A stretch of 64,000 nt of DNA from Mustelus asterias (Eukaryota): contig NW_027590123.1 in NCBI RefSeq assembly GCF_964213995.1, positions 1,984,001 to 2,048,000 on the forward strand. The letters run 5' to 3'. Shown here piece by piece: positions 46,030 to 59,814 of the stretch; the first letter of the stretch is position 1; every line of letters starts with the position of its first letter. A model generated the notes under the pieces. That model worked only from the letters and a program-made list of their open reading frames with translations, was not told the DNA's origin and made no database searches. Position numbers and translations under genes: made by a program.

Positions 46030-47086
46030 TAGAACATAGAACATAGAACAGGCCCTTCGGCCCACGATGTTGTGCCGAGCTTTATCTGAAACCAAGATCA
46101 AGCTATCCCACTCCCTATCATCCTGGTGCGCTCCATGTGCCTTTCCAATAACCGCTTAAATGTTCCTAAAGTGTCTGACTCCACTATCACTGCCGGCAGT
46201 CCATTCCATACCCCAACCACTCTCTGCGTAAAGAACCTACCTCTGATATCCTTCCTATATCTCCCACCATGAACCCTATAGTTATGCCCCCTTGTAATAG
46301 CTCCATCCACCCGAGGAAATAGTCTTTGAACGTCACTCTATCTATCCCCTTCATTATTTTATAAACCTCTATTAAGTCTCCCCTCAGCCTCCTCCGCTCC
46401 AGAGAGAACAGCCCTAGCTCCCTCAACCTTTCCTCATAAGACCTACCCTCCAAACCAGGCAGCATCCTCGTAAATCTCCTCTGCACTCTTTCCAGCGCTT
46501 CCACATCCTTCTTATAGTGAGGTGACCAGAACTGCACACAATATTCCAAATGTGGTCTCACCAAGGTCCTGTGCAGTTGCAGCATTGCCCCATGGCTCTT
46601 AAACTCCAACCCCCTGTTAATAAAAGCTAACACACGATAGGCCTTCTTCACAGCTCTATCCACGTGAGTGGCAACCTTTAGAGATCTGTGGATATGGACC
46701 CCAAGATCTCTCTGTTCCTCCACAGTCTTCAGAACCCTACCTTTGACCCTGTAATCCACATTTAAATTTGTCCTACCAAAATGAATCACCTCACATTTAT
46801 CAGGGTTAAACTCCATCTGCCATTTTCCAGCCCAGCTTTGCATCCAATCTATGTCTCTTTGCAGCCTGCAACAGCCCTCCACCTCATCCACTACTCCACC
46901 AATCTTGGTGTCATCAGCAAATTTACTGATCCACCCTTCAGCCCCCTCCTCGAGGCCATTAATAAAAATCACAAAGAGCAGAGGACCAAGCACTGATCCC
47001 TTTGGCACTCCGCTAGCAACCTGCCTCCAGTCCGAAATTTTTCCATCCACCACCACCCTCTGTCTTCGATCAGATAGCCAGTTAGC
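46030..47086 (-). mobile_element. CR1 LINE, 5'-truncated, young
   Basis: [28 protein letters not shown] and (ttctatg)n tail at 46030-46050. Confidence 0.9.
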
Positions 47087-47501
47087 AATTTAAACCAGAA
47101 TTCGGAGGCGAGAGGCCAGAGTGAGAACCATTACACCATGGAATCGACAGCAGTCTGACCGAAGACAGTAGACTTTTCTCCCAAAACACACAGACGCACC
47201 GACTCTCTTTCTCTCTCTCACGCACTCACACGCACAAACGCACACAGCCACACTTGCACAGTAATTGCCAGACTCTAATCGAATTGTTATTGTGTGACAC
47301 CAACTGCTTCTATCTTTCAACAGAGGAGCTAAAGAGTCGCGAGAAGATGAAAAGCACTGAAGTTGCAAGCATCTGGCGCCAGTGGTTCAGTAATGTGCAT
47401 TGCAACAGCAGCTGAACAGGCTGCCAAATTGTCCTCTCGATTCTGACTTGGTCAGAAAATTAAACGCCCTTCAGCATATCCATCATCGGCAAATTAAAGC
47501 A

Positions 47502-47573
47502 AGGTTCCGCCGAGATTTGAACTCGGATCGCTGGATTCAGAGCCCAGAGTGCTCACCATTACACCACGGAACC
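47502..47573 (-). tRNA. tRNA-Gln(CTG)
   Basis: ggttccgtggtgtaatggtgagcactctgggctCTGaatccagcgatccgagttcaaatctcggcggaacct; the stems pair, with one G-U in the anticodon stem. Confidence 0.88.
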
Positions 47574-47986
47574 CAGCATATGGGGAAAGTCTGAAAATGG
47601 TCGCTCAGTACCAGTGCCAATTTGAACAGCAGGGTGAAATATCAGTCCCATTGCACAATTCCGTCAACCACCCACAGCAATTCATATTTACATTACCCCT
47701 CCTGACTCCGCTTGCAAAAATGAGTAAGCTACCTTCAACTGCATTATATTTCACTGCAGTTCACCACGTCTAAAGAGTAATGTTAGCATCGAACTTTTAT
47801 AAACCTGTTGTGTTAAAAATGCTGAACAACATCAGCTTATCACAGCTCTGCTTTCGTCACACTGGAAACCAGTGTGAAAATATGAACAATTTAATGTCTT
47901 AACAGACAGGAAGGAGTGTATGAATGTCGAGAATTGGCACTGTGCACATTCCTGTCATAAGTATTTGGGAGAATCAGGAAGATGAG

Positions 47987-48045
47987 ATCCTGGTGATCCA
48001 GTGGTTAGGGTTCAGCCGTTTCAGGGTCGCAGACTGGCTTCGATA
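47987..48045 (+). pseudogene. tRNA-Glu-like remnant
   Basis: tcctggtgatccagtggttagggttcagccgtttca...ttcgat. Confidence 0.5.
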
Positions 48046-48738
48046 TATTAAGATTTAAATGGTTTGATAAAGAAACCTGCAATACTTTCTGCTCGAAAGC
48101 AGCTCTGCCAGAAACAGTGGAGTGAGATTTGTGTTTTTGCTTCCGAGTTGGAAATGTCATATGGGCAACAGGTCAGGTCGAGAACAAATACTGATAGTGA
48201 AAGGCAGTGATAGCCTGCAAAGCACTGACGATGGAGATGTTGATACAAGGTAAAATCTGGGTGGTAATGGGTCAGATTTAACCGTTTGCATTAAGACAAA
48301 TATCACTCATTTCTGGGTAAAAATATCGTGCTGAATGACAAGAAACTTCTCACTGAATTAAGAAGTAATCTATTTGACTTAGACAGATCCCAAGCAGTCT
48401 TCATTCAGAAAGCAGTAACTGTGAGATTAACAACGTGGGATAGAGAAAGACTCAGTTTGATTGGTGACGCTGCCGGAGGAATGGATGGCTGGAGTTCACC
48501 CAGAAAAGCAGCAAAGTTTAAAAATAATGAGTACCAGACAATGTTGCCCTTGTCCATTATTCCTTGGGTCAGTGAATCCATCCTGTTATGCTCTCCATCA
48601 CAGACCTTCCATTCTAACCTCTTCGCTGAGTGATTGCCGTCTTAAATGTCGCAAAAACTCAACAGCTCAATTAATGTTTCGTGACAAACGAGAACAATTC
48701 TGAAATCTGAATCATTTTGAAATAAAACTATTCTAAAA

Positions 48739-48810
48739 TGTTTCTACCCGGTCTTGAAGCGGAAACTTTCGCGTGTGAGGCGGACATGACAACTACTACA
48801 CTACAGAGAC
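48739..48810 (-). pseudogene. tRNA-Val(CAC) pseudogene
   Basis: gtctctgtagtgtagtagttgtcatgtccgcctCACacgcgaaag...accgggtagaaaca. Confidence 0.75.
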
Positions 48811-49699
48811 AGAGAAATGCATGCTTTTGAAGCAGTTCCAGTTTACTGGTGGAGCAACTGAACTCGTCCGACAAACCCATGTGCTGTTCATTTTCCATTC
48901 TGTCTGCTGGTTCCTCGAAGTAAAATGAATGATGATGTATGCCACTAAATTCAATTTTAGTGATCACATTATGCGCAATTGTGTTTGTAACGTTTAAAGT
49001 AACTGTAGTGAAAATCTGACACTGGGAGAATTTGATCCCACTCCTCCATAAATGTCACATTCCTAAATTTAGTGCCTTAAACTTCCCATCAACCGCACCA
49101 GCAGAAGTCATTGCTATCAGAGCTGGTATGGGCAGTGAACAGAATCAATGGAATGGGATTGGATCACATGTCCCATTGAGTCTCCTCCGCCATTTAAAAT
49201 CAGGGCAAATCCCCAGCTCAACAATCGCCTCATTTCAGGAATCAATTCAATGAAACTTTGCTCCATCCAAACAGCGAGAGAATAGAAGGAACAAAAACAA
49301 AAGAGAGGAAATGATAGTAAGACTGAGGGAAGGACTGAGGAAGATCTACAGCGAGAAAGAAAAAATGGAGCCAGAGTGGGGTCGAAACTGAACGGAACAG
49401 ATAGACTTCTCTGTTCCGTATGATCTCCAGAAAAAAAGCCTTGAAGTCATTGGAAAGAGCAAATGTTATGGCCCTGGAAAATATTCTGGCAGTGGTGCTG
49501 AAGAATTGTGCTTCAGAATTGCCGCAACCTTAGCGAAGCTGTTCCTCAGCAACAACACTGGCATCAAACCACAAATGCTACTTTTGCCCATGATTGCCCG
49601 GTATACAAAAATCAGGTCAAATCCAACGCCACCAATTACCACCAGTCTACACTTGATCATCAGTAATTGGTTGGAACAGGCAATAAAGAATGTTATGAA

Positions 49700-50310
49700 A
49701 AGGCACTCCAATGCAAACTGGAGGAACATTGCCCCATCTCCCGGTTCGGCAATTACTGCGTTCGGGACTTAACATTGAGTTCAACAACTTCAGAGCATCT
49801 CCTCTCCTCCATCTTCATCCAATTTCCATTTATTGTGCTTTATTTTATTTTATCTCATTTATTTATTTATTATTTCATACCATTTATATATTGTTTTAAT
49901 TTCCATTTTCTCATTGTTTATTTAAAATCTCACTTTCCATCTTGTTGCCCCCTCTTCCTCCACCCCACTCGGGCCATCTCTTACATTTCCTTTGTCCTGC
50001 CATTTCCACATTCTGACCTCTTAACGGGCAGTCAGCAGCATCCTTCTTAGCCATGACGACCACCATTTAATTTGCCTTTGTTCCTGTATTTATATGTGAC
50101 AGCTTTGTTACCCACCCCACACCCATGTCCCTCACTGTTACAGTATAAATCTCGTCCAAATTTCCTTGTCTTCAGCTCTGACGAAGGGTCATCCAGGCTT
50201 TGAACGTTAGCTCCATTCTCTCTTCACAGAGGCATTTAGACCGGTTGAGATTTTCCAGCATCTTCTGTTCTTGTTTCAGATTCCAGCATCCGCAGTAAAT
50301 TTGTTTATAT
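49700..50310 (+). mobile_element. Old PLE 3' remnant with degenerate hammerhead (about 50170-50215)
   Basis: KLEEH...GLNIEFNNFR end of GIY-YIG; CTGACGAagggtcatcc...GAACGTT. Confidence 0.6.
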
Positions 50311-50349
50311 CAAGATATTTGTGAAAAAAATCGGAGGTTTTTTTCCAAA

Positions 50350-53300
50350 ACAGGAAGTAGGCCCAGCAGCAGCCGGGGAAGGTTTGGAGGGTTTAAAAGT
50401 AGGCTGCACCTTTGAGCGGGCAGCGTCGTTAGCGGGCAGCAGAGTGAGCAGGGGGCAGAATGAGAGCTGAAGGGCTTTGGCTCAAAACGGCTTCGGCGAG
50501 AAGAGGCAGAGGCGAGAGTAGTTTTTTTTTCTTTTTCAGAAAGTTTATTCCTGTATTTTCTCAGAGGAAAAAAAAATGCCAGGCAAGATGTTGGAATGCT
50601 CCTCTTGCAGGATGTGGGAGATCAGGGAGACCTCAGGTATCCCTGACGACAGCACCTGCAAAAGATGCATTCAGCTGCAGCTGCTAGCAAAGCGTGTTAG
50701 GGAATTGGAGAAGGAGCTTGATTAGTGCTTTGGATCAGGAATTGGCTAGCTGTAATAAAACAAAGGTTGGTGGTTGATGGGAAATATTCATCCTGGAGTT
50801 CAGTTAATAGTGGTGTACCGCAAGGATCTATTTTGGGGCCACTGCTGTTTGTCATTTTTATTAATGACCAGGATGAGGGCGTGGAAGGATGGATTAGTAA
50901 ATTTGTGGATGACACTAATGTCAGTGGAGTTGTAGACAGTGCGGAGGGAAGTGGCAGGTTACAGAGGGACATAGATAAGCTGCAGAGCTGGGCTGAGAGG
51001 TGGCAAATGGAGTTTAATGTGGAAAAGTGTGAGGTGATTCACTTTGGAAGGAGTAATAGGAATACAGAGTACTGGGTTAATGGTAAGATACTTGGTAGTG
51101 TGGATGAACAGAGGGATCTGGGTGTCCATGTGCATAGATCCCTGAAAGTTGGCACCCAGGTTGATAGGGTTGTTAAGAAGGCGTACGGTGGGTTAGCTTT
51201 TATTGGTAGAGGGATTGAGTTTCGGAGCCAGGAGGTCATGCTGCAACTGTACAAAACTCTGTTGCGGCCGCATTTGGAGTATTGCGTACAGTTCTGGTCG
51301 CCGTATTATAGGAAAGATGTGGAAGTGTTGGAAAAGGAGCAGAGGAGATTTGCAAGGATGTTGCCTGGTATGGTGTGAAAATCGTATGAGGAAAGGCTGA
51401 GGGGCTTGAGGTTGTTTTCGTTAGAGAGAAGAAGGTTAAGAGGTGACTTAATAGAGGCATACAAGATGATCAGAGGATTAGAAAGGGTGGATAGTGAGAG
51501 CCTTTTTCCTCGGATGGTGTTGGCTAGCACGAGGGGACATAGCTTTAAATTGAGGGGTGAGAGATATAGGACAGATGTTAGAGGTAGGTTCTTTACTCAG
51601 AGAGTGATGAGGGCGTGGAGTGCCCTGCCTGCAGCAGTAGTGGACTCGTCAACATTAAGAGTATTCAAATAGTTATTGGATAAACATATGGATGATAATG
51701 GGATAGTGTAGATTAGCGGGGCTTTAGATTGGTACCACTGGTCGGCGCAACATCGAGGGCTGGAGGGCCTGTACTGCGCTGTAATGTTCTATGTTCTTGT
51801 TCTACCTCCATCTAATTCGGGAGAATGAGAAGTATATAGACAGTAGCTTTCGGGCGATAGTTACACCTAAGCAGCAGAGCACAGGAAATTGGGTTACTGT
51901 AAGGAGAGGAAATGGCAGTGTGAAAGGACAGGCAGAGCAGGGTTCACCTGTGGCCATACCCCTCCACAACAGGTATACTGAATTGGATACTGTTGTGGGA
52001 GATGCTTTACCTGGGACAAGCTGCAACAGCCGGAACTCTGATACTGAGTCTAGTACTACAGCGCAAAAGGGTGGTATGAAGAAGAGGAGAGCAGTAGTGA
52101 TAGGAGACTCAATGGTCAGAGGTACGGACAGGAGGTTCTGTGGTCGGGACATGGTTTGTTGCCTCCCAGGTGCCAAGGACAGCGATGTCTCTGATCGCGT
52201 GCACAGCATTCTAAAGTGGGAAGGTGATCAGCCAGATGTCGTGGTACACATCGGTGCCAATGACGTGGGAAGGAAGAGTGAGGAGGTCCTAAAGAGTGAG
52301 TACAAAGAGCTTGGAAGGATGTTAAAAAGCAGGACCCCGAGGGTAGTAATCTCAGGATTGCTACCTGAGCCACATGCCAGTGAGGGCAGGAGTAGGATGC
52401 TTGGGCGGATGAACACATGGCTGAGGAACTGGTGCAGGGAGCAGGGTTTCCAATTCTTGGATCATTGGGACCTCTTCTGGGGCAGGTGGGACCTGTACAA
52501 GAGAGACGGGTTACACCTAAACTACAAGGGGACCAATATACTTGCAGGGAGATTTGTTAGTGTTATTGGGGAGCGTTGAAACTAGATTTGCAGGGGGATG
52601 GGAACCAGAGTGCCAGAGCAGATAGTGGAGCAGGGGTAAAAAGACAGGTTAGTTCAAGCAAAATCACAAATGGAAGGGTAGAGTGTGGTGGAAATAATCT
52701 TTTGATGTGTGTCTATTTCAATGCCAGGAGTATTGTGCGGAAGGCAGATGAGCTGAAGGTGTGGATAGACACATGGAAATATGACATTGTAGCCATTAGT
52801 GAAACTTGGCTACAGGAGGGGCAGGACTTGGCTACAGGAGGGGCAGCTCAATGTTCTAGGGTTCAAATGTTTCAGGCGGGATAGAAGCAGAGGGATAAAA
52901 GGTGGGGGGGGGGAGGTGGTGGGCGGGGGGTGGCATTGTTGGTCAGGGAAAATGTTACAGCGGTACTCAGGCAGGATAGATTAGGGAGCTTGTCCTCAGA
53001 GGCCCTGTGGGTGGAGCTGAGAAACAAGAAAGGTATGACCACATTAATGGGGTTGTATTATAGACCACCCAATTGTCAGCGAGAATTGGAGGAGCAAATC
53101 AGCGGAGAGATAGCTGACAACTGCAAGAAATACAAAGTTGTGATAGTAGGGGATTTTAATTTTCCACATATAGATTGGGACTCGCATACTGTTAAAGGTT
53201 TAGATGGGGTAGAGTTTGTAAAATGTGTTCAGGAGAATTTTCTACATCAGTATATAGAGGTGCCAACTCGAGAGGATGCGATATTGGATCTCCTATTGGG

Positions 53301-55602
53301 AAATGAGTTAGGGCAGGTGATGGATGTGAGTGTGAGGGAACACTTCGGATCCAGTGACCATAATGCCATTAGTTTCAACCTGATCATGTCTAAGGATAGA
53401 TCTGGCCCTCGGGTTGAAGTTCTGAACTGGAAAAAGGCGCAATTTGATGAAATGAGAAGGGATCTGGGAAGTGTGGATTGGCACAGGCTGTTCTCTGGTA
53501 AGGGTGTAAATGGAAAGTGGGAGGCCTTCAAAGGAGAAATTTTGAGAGTGCAGAGTTTTTATGTTCCTGTCAGGATTAAAGGCAAAGTTAATAGGAATAA
53601 GGAACCTTGGTTCTCGAGGGAGATTGAAATACTGATTAAGAGGAAGAGAGAGTTGTATGAAATGTACAAGCAGCAAGGAACAGATCAGATGCTCGAGGAG
53701 GATAAAAAGTGCAAGAAGCTACTTAAGAGGGAAATCAGGAGAGCTAAAAGAAGACATGAGGTTGCTTTGGCAGACAGAGAGAAGGAAAATTCAAAGAGCT
53801 TCTATATGTATGTTAGGAGCAAAAGGATAGTGGGGGATAAAATTGGTCCTCTTGAAGACCAGAGTGGTAGACTGTGTATGGAACCAAAGGAGATGGGGGA
53901 GATACTAAATGGTTTTTTTGCATCCGTATTTAGTGAGGAAACGGGCATGGAGTCTACGGAAATAGGGCAAACTGGTAGGGAGGCCATGGAACCTTTACAG
54001 ATTAAAGGGGAGGAGGTGCTCGCTGTCTTGAGGCAAATCAGAGTGGATAAATCCCCAGGACCGGACAGGGTATTCCCACGGACCTTGAGGGAAGCTAGTG
54101 TTGAATTTGCAGGAGCCCTGGCAGACATATTTAAAATGTCAGTATTCACGGGGGAGGTGCCGGATGATTGGAGGGTGGCTCATGTTTTTCCGTTGTTTAA
54201 AAAAGTTTCACAAAAGAGATCCGGGAAATTATAGGCCAGTACTTTTGACGTCGGTGGTGGGCAAGTTATTGGAAGGTGTGATAAAGGATAGGATCTACAA
54301 ATATTTGGATAGACAGGGACTTATTAGGGAGAGTCAACATGGCTTTGTGCGTGGTAGGTCATGTTTGACCAATCTATTAGAGTTTTTTGAGGAGGTTACC
54401 AGGAAAGTGGATGAAGGGAAGGCCGTGGATTTTGTCTACCTGGATTTCAGCAAGGCCTTTGACAAGGTCCCTCATGGGAGGTTAGTTAGGAAGGTTCAGT
54501 CGCTAGGTAGACATGGGGAGGTAGTAAATTGGATTAGACACTGGCTCAATGGAAGAAACCAGAGAGTGGTTGTGATGGATTGCTTCTCTGAGGCCTGTGA
54601 CTAGTGGTGTGCCGCAGGGATCGGTGTTGGGTCCATTGTTGTTTGTCATCTATATCAATGATCTGGATGATAATGTGGTAAATTGGATGAGCAAGTTTGC
54701 TGATGATACAAAGATTGGAGGTGTAGTGGACAGTGAGGAATGTTTTCAAAGCTTGCAGAGAGATTTGGACCAACGAGAACAATGGGCTGAAAAATGGCAA
54801 ATGGAATTTAACGCAGACAAGTGTGAGATATTGCACATTGGAAGGAGAAACCAAAGTAGAACGTGCACGGTAAATGGTAGGACTCTGAAGAGTGCAGTTG
54901 AACAGAAGGATCTGGGAATACAGGTACAGAATTCCCTAAAAGTGACGTCACAGGTGGATAGGGTCGTAAAGAGTTCCTTTGGTACATTGGCCTTTATAAA
55001 TCGGAGTATCGAGTATAAATGTTGGAGTAAGGTTATATAAGGCATTGGTGAGGCCGAATTTGGAGTATTGTGTACAGTTTTGGTCACCTAGTTACAGGAA
55101 GGATGTAAATAAGGTTGAAAGAGTGCAGAGAATGTTCAGAAGGATGTTGCCCGGACTTGAGAAGCTGAGTTACAGAGAGAGATTGAATAGGTTGGGACTT
55201 AATTCCCTGGAGCGTCGAAGATTGAGGGGAGATTTGATAGAGGTGTATCAGATTTTGATGGGTATAGATAGAGTGAATGCAAGCAGGCTTTTTCCGTTGA
55301 GGCTAGGGGAGAAAAAAACCAGAGGGCATGGGTTAAGGGTCAAAGGAGAAAAGTTTAAAGGCAATATTAGGGGGGGCTTCTTCACGCAGAGAGTGGTGGG
55401 AGTGTGTAATGAGCTACCGGATAAAGTGGTAAATGCTTTTAACATTTAAGAAAAACTTGGACGGGTTCATGAATGAGAGGGGTGTGGAGGGATATGGTCC
55501 AAGTGCAGGTCAGTGGGACTAGGCAAAAATGGTTCGGCACAGACAAGAAGGCCCAAAACGCCTGTTTCTGAGCTGTAATTTTCTATGGTTCTGTGGTTCT
55601 AT
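50350..55602 (+). mobile_element. Near full-length CR1-clade LINE (ORF1 Zn-finger/SGNH esterase; ORF2 APE-RT), inactivated
   Basis: ORF1 CSSCRMWE..., GDSMVRG, GANDV, DGLHLN; ORF2 YFNARS, ETWL, GDFN, SDH, FADD. Frameshifts include a 22-bp duplication at 52804-52847. Confidence 0.9.
50721..51800 (+). mobile_element. 5'-truncated CR1 copy nested in ORF1 of the larger LINE
   Basis: RT C-terminal half plus ttctatgttct tail; host ORF1 resumes near 51805. Confidence 0.85.
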
Positions 55603-55604
55603 TT

Positions 55605-57075
55605 GCCTGCCGTTTGTATTTAAGATTTTGCGTTTGTGTACGTGTGCATGAGCATCTCGTGGTCTGCATTAATCTTTGGTCCTGAGTTAATATGTGTGTA
55701 TGAGGGTTAATGAACGTGTTCGTTTGCCTGTGTTTGTTGATTTGTGTAGTTGTGTGTCTGCGTCTGTGTATATTTTATTCTCCTGTCATTGTGGATGAAT
55801 TACTATGATTGTGTGAAGTCTATGTAGATTTATTAATGCCACTCTTAACGTGTGCACGTGTTCATGCCTATTTCAATGTGTTAGTTTCTGTCACGCGAGT
55901 AATGTTTCCTTCCCTTTCTGTGTGTGTCAGTTCCTCCGTGTGTTTGTGTGCATGTCTGTTAACATGTTAGTGTATGTATATCAGTGTTGATAGTTATTTA
56001 TAACGATGTGTTAATGTATGCTTGTGTTTCCATGTGTAGTAATTTGTGCTGTGGTGTTCTGTTCTGTATGAGCATGTTAATGTTTGCGTCCACATGTTTC
56101 CGTGAAAAGGTTTTGCTGTCTGTTCATTTATATGCAGCCTGTTAATGTGTTTATATGTATTTCCCTGTCTGTGTGTTAATGTGTATAACATTGTGTGTCT
56201 CTATATCTATATTCCTGTGAGAGTGAACGTGTGATAATATGTATTTGTTTGAGTGTATGTGTGTGTTTGTGTATGTGTGTGGATTTGCATGCGTGTATAT
56301 CTGTCTGTATTGTGTGCATGCATGTATGTGCTTGCGTTTGGGTCTGTGTACCTAGTCAGGTATGTTTAGGTATGTGTGTACTTGTGTGCTTGCATGTGTA
56401 TATTTGTGTGTTTGTACATATTTGATAATTTGTGTGCATGCTTTTGCTTTTGTGCCTGTATGTCTATGTGTGCATGTGGTGCCTGGGTGTATGCACGTGT
56501 GTGTGTGTCTGTGAGACAGAGAGAGAGAGAGAGATAGATAGATAGAGAGACAGAGAGAGAGACAGAGAGAGAGAATGAATGTGTGTGTGTGTGTGCCTCT
56601 GTATATTTGTGTATGGCTGTATTTCTGCCTGTGTCTGTTTGGGTATGCGTGTTTTTTTGTTTGTGTACGTGTTGTCCATGAGTGTATTTGTGTGAGCGTG
56701 CCTGTTTGCGTTCGTTTGTGCATATATTGTGTGTACTTATGGTCCGTGAATGTGTATTAGTATGTATGCATGTATCTGTGCTTTTCTGTGTATGTCTTTG
56801 TGTGTGTTGTGTATTTGTGTGATTCTGTGTCTGTATTTGAATGTGCCTGCCCATATTTTTCCATATGTATGTGTGTGGGGGTATGTGTATGCTTTTGTGT
56901 GTGTGTATTTACATGCGTCTTTCTGTATTTGTGTGCATATGTATGAGTATGTGTATTTGTGCGTGTATTTGTGCAATTGTGCCGATGTGTGTGTGTGTGA
57001 GTGTGTGTATGTGTACGCCTATATGTGTATTTATAATTCTGACAGTTTTGTGCAGTATTGTCAGTGTGTGTATTT
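55605..57075. repeat. TG/GA-rich low-complexity tract
   Basis: Degenerate (TG)n with (GA)n at 56512-56575. Confidence 0.85.
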
Positions 57076-58175
57076 GTTTAACTGTTGCTCCAAGTTTCAC
57101 CGGCAATCATGAACTGAACATGATCCAGTCAATACGAATAATGGAGCATATTTTCAGTGTTTGCTGTATAAATTTATTTTATGTGAGTGGCACGGTGATA
57201 TCAGGAGAGCGAATGACATCATTCATTGATGTATGTCAGAAACATCAGGGACAGAACAGTGAAAACCGGGGAGGATTATATTATTTGTTTAAATTTGCAT
57301 TATGGAAAATCAATGCCAGGACATGATTAACAGGAACGAGTGCTGAAACATTTTAAAATTATGTTGCATAAGTATATGTGTGTTACACTGATTAAGATAA
57401 TGATACTTCAAACTCTGCAGCAAGTAAACCGGAAGCTAATTTGTACTGTTGGCAACTGGGTCCTGATCGTCAAGATTCTTTCTCTTCCAAACACGCTACT
57501 TGGGGACAGGGAGGAGAGTGAGTTCATAATTTCCCTCTCTCTACGCGGTGAAGCAATGTACCTGACCACTTCTAACCACTGAGGAGATGGACTTACAGTG
57601 GATTAAATAATGACATTCCTCCTCTTTTCATTGAGGAAGTGGTGGTATATGGGTTAGCTACTGCTCTCCCCTCTCTTTGTTGGGTGAGTAGGAATCCAGT
57701 ATGTTAACAATTTCCCTTTCCCTGTCTCTGATGGGGGGATTGTTGCTCCATGTCTCTGTGTGACCCTCACTCCAGTTCCCAGTGGGTGTGGTGCAGCAGC
57801 TTAAAGCTGACATCAATATTAAAAACATGGACAATGAGAGAAGCAGGAACACCGAGATATAAATGTTGTGTTTGTTTGTCAGAAATGTTGAAATTGTCAG
57901 ATTTCTCCTCAGTGGGAGGAAAGTCGGTGAAGATATTTTGCTGAATCCAGTAATGAATGTGCTCTAACCTGTCTCTAACCCAGGGTGTATCTGAGCAGGG
58001 TACACTGGTTCAACAAGGCTTGGGCCCGAGACGTGAAAATATCTGACTCAAACCAAAGATATATAATGGAAGTGAAACTGAAAAACAATCAATTAAGCGA
58101 TTGGCCATTTCATTTTTCGTTAGAGGAAAAAGATTTTATTATTTTATTGAAGTTTTTAATGTAACCGAGTGATTC

Positions 58176-58567
58176 TCATTGACATGAATTAACGGTGTCT
58201 ATCGGTGCAAGGGAAATGTTCACAAAACTGGGTTTACCGCTGGATTTGTCAACTGTTCTGTTGATGATCTTCAAGGACATCGCTTCATGTCCCACCACAC
58301 AGGAGTAAGAAGCGCCGCTGGACCATTCCTCTGCTGCAATGGATAACAGGCTGTACATGAAGAAGGAGCTATTGCCGTTCTCCGCGACCACCTCGGTGTT
58401 CCTGTAGTTCCCGGGATTCACCAGCTTGTCGTTGACGGTCCACTTGACGAAGATCTCTCGGGGGGGAGAAACCTCTCACTAAGCAGCTGAGGGAGACGAA
58501 TCTCTGAGCGGAGACTTATTCTGCCGAGGGCAGGAGGACAGCGACAACGGTTCCCGTGGATGTGGAT
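58176..58567 (-). pseudogene. IgM heavy chain CH4 plus secretory tail exon, disrupted
   Basis: ...[24 protein letters not shown]...[20 protein letters not shown]. Lesions: 1-bp deletion near 58547, TAA at 58516-58518 and an extra base near 58460. AATAAA at 58135-58149. Confidence 0.9.
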
Positions 58568-59045
58568 CTGCAGGAAATGTACAATAAATGTCAATAAACT
58601 GGAGAATTCCTGATACAATTAAACTGCTGGCGAGACATCAGAAAAATGTACTTCGCTTTCGATTTTAAATGTTTCCATTTTGACTTCCAGCTTGGAGGAG
58701 AGGGGTACATAATCGTTTTCTCAAATAACTTAGGGTGTTGGCCTGGAACTTTTCAGGAAGTTTACAGCACAGAATCAGGCTATTCGGTTCTTATGGGTTT
58801 TATGCTGCACACCAGGCTGCTCCCTCCTTATTCGATCTAAACCCAATATCATTGCCTTAATTCATTTTTTATTCATCAACACATCAAATTTTCCCCGTAA
58901 AAATATCTACAGACCCAGAGACTTTAGTTCGTAGAGTTACCACTCAGAGGAGTCCATTAATGCACTTAATACTAAATATTGACCATTACACTGACATTAG
59001 AAATAGACACACTACTGCATTTATTGATTCAATCTCTCAGCTCAC

Positions 59046-59354
59046 CTGTTTCCTTGTGGGTGGATTTTCGTAAAGGAGTCGGCAGATCCTGATGGCTCAC
59101 CACGCAGTCAAACACAGCCGCACTCAGCCAGGCTTGTGTCGAGATGTTCAAGTTGCTGACCACGCTGTCAGGATCCTCTCCAGCCTTTTCGGCAATCTCT
59201 GATTTCAAATAATTCCTGTCTCGGATCCAGGACACATTGACTCCATAAGGAGCATTAGAAATGATGCAGGTTAAGGTCACGGTCGCCTCCGGTAAGACCT
59301 GTTCTATTGGTGGTGGCTGTATCGTCACTGTGGAATCATGGCACTGGGAAGGAT
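59046..59354 (-). pseudogene. IgM heavy chain CH3 exon (frame intact)
   Basis: [27 protein letters not shown]...[13 protein letters not shown]; AG/GT boundaries, 309 nt. Confidence 0.9.
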
Positions 59355-59814
59355 CTGTGTATGAAAAATGAAAATCAACCCAAGTTCCCTCTTCAGAAGC
59401 AGGACAGCAGTATTCACCCTAAAGGAGAAAAGGTCGCCCTGGAGATATCAACTTGTAACTATCGCCTTTAGACTTCTATAGACGATGGCAAACCAGCTTG
59501 CCCTGTAAAATTATTCTCTTTATTAAAATATTTTAGCAGAGGTATCATTCTCATGAATCAGCATTGATTCGTGAGATTCATGAATCAGCATTCCCACACA
59601 AATATACCATTCCCGAACTCAGGAACACAGTACTTGACATTGATTTATAAATAGGATGAATGCACTTTCCAACATTTTACCCCGACGCTGTGAACTGTGA
59701 AACAGTCCAACACCTACTGTCTCTCCAAGACTTACCAGCTGTCTCAGGAAAAAGCTGACATCAAGACCAGCTCGCTCACTATGTTACTTCAAAATAGAAA
59801 AAAACCCCACTCTT

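Noticed and set aside
55994-57326. Cys/Val- or His/Thr-rich ORFs (also 25298-25976 and 62750-63460)
   Set aside because: Translations of microsatellite or low-complexity DNA.
57658-57852. Hydrophobic ORF as the IgM transmembrane exon
   Set aside because: It lacks the conserved TF..LF.LS..Y...VT motif.
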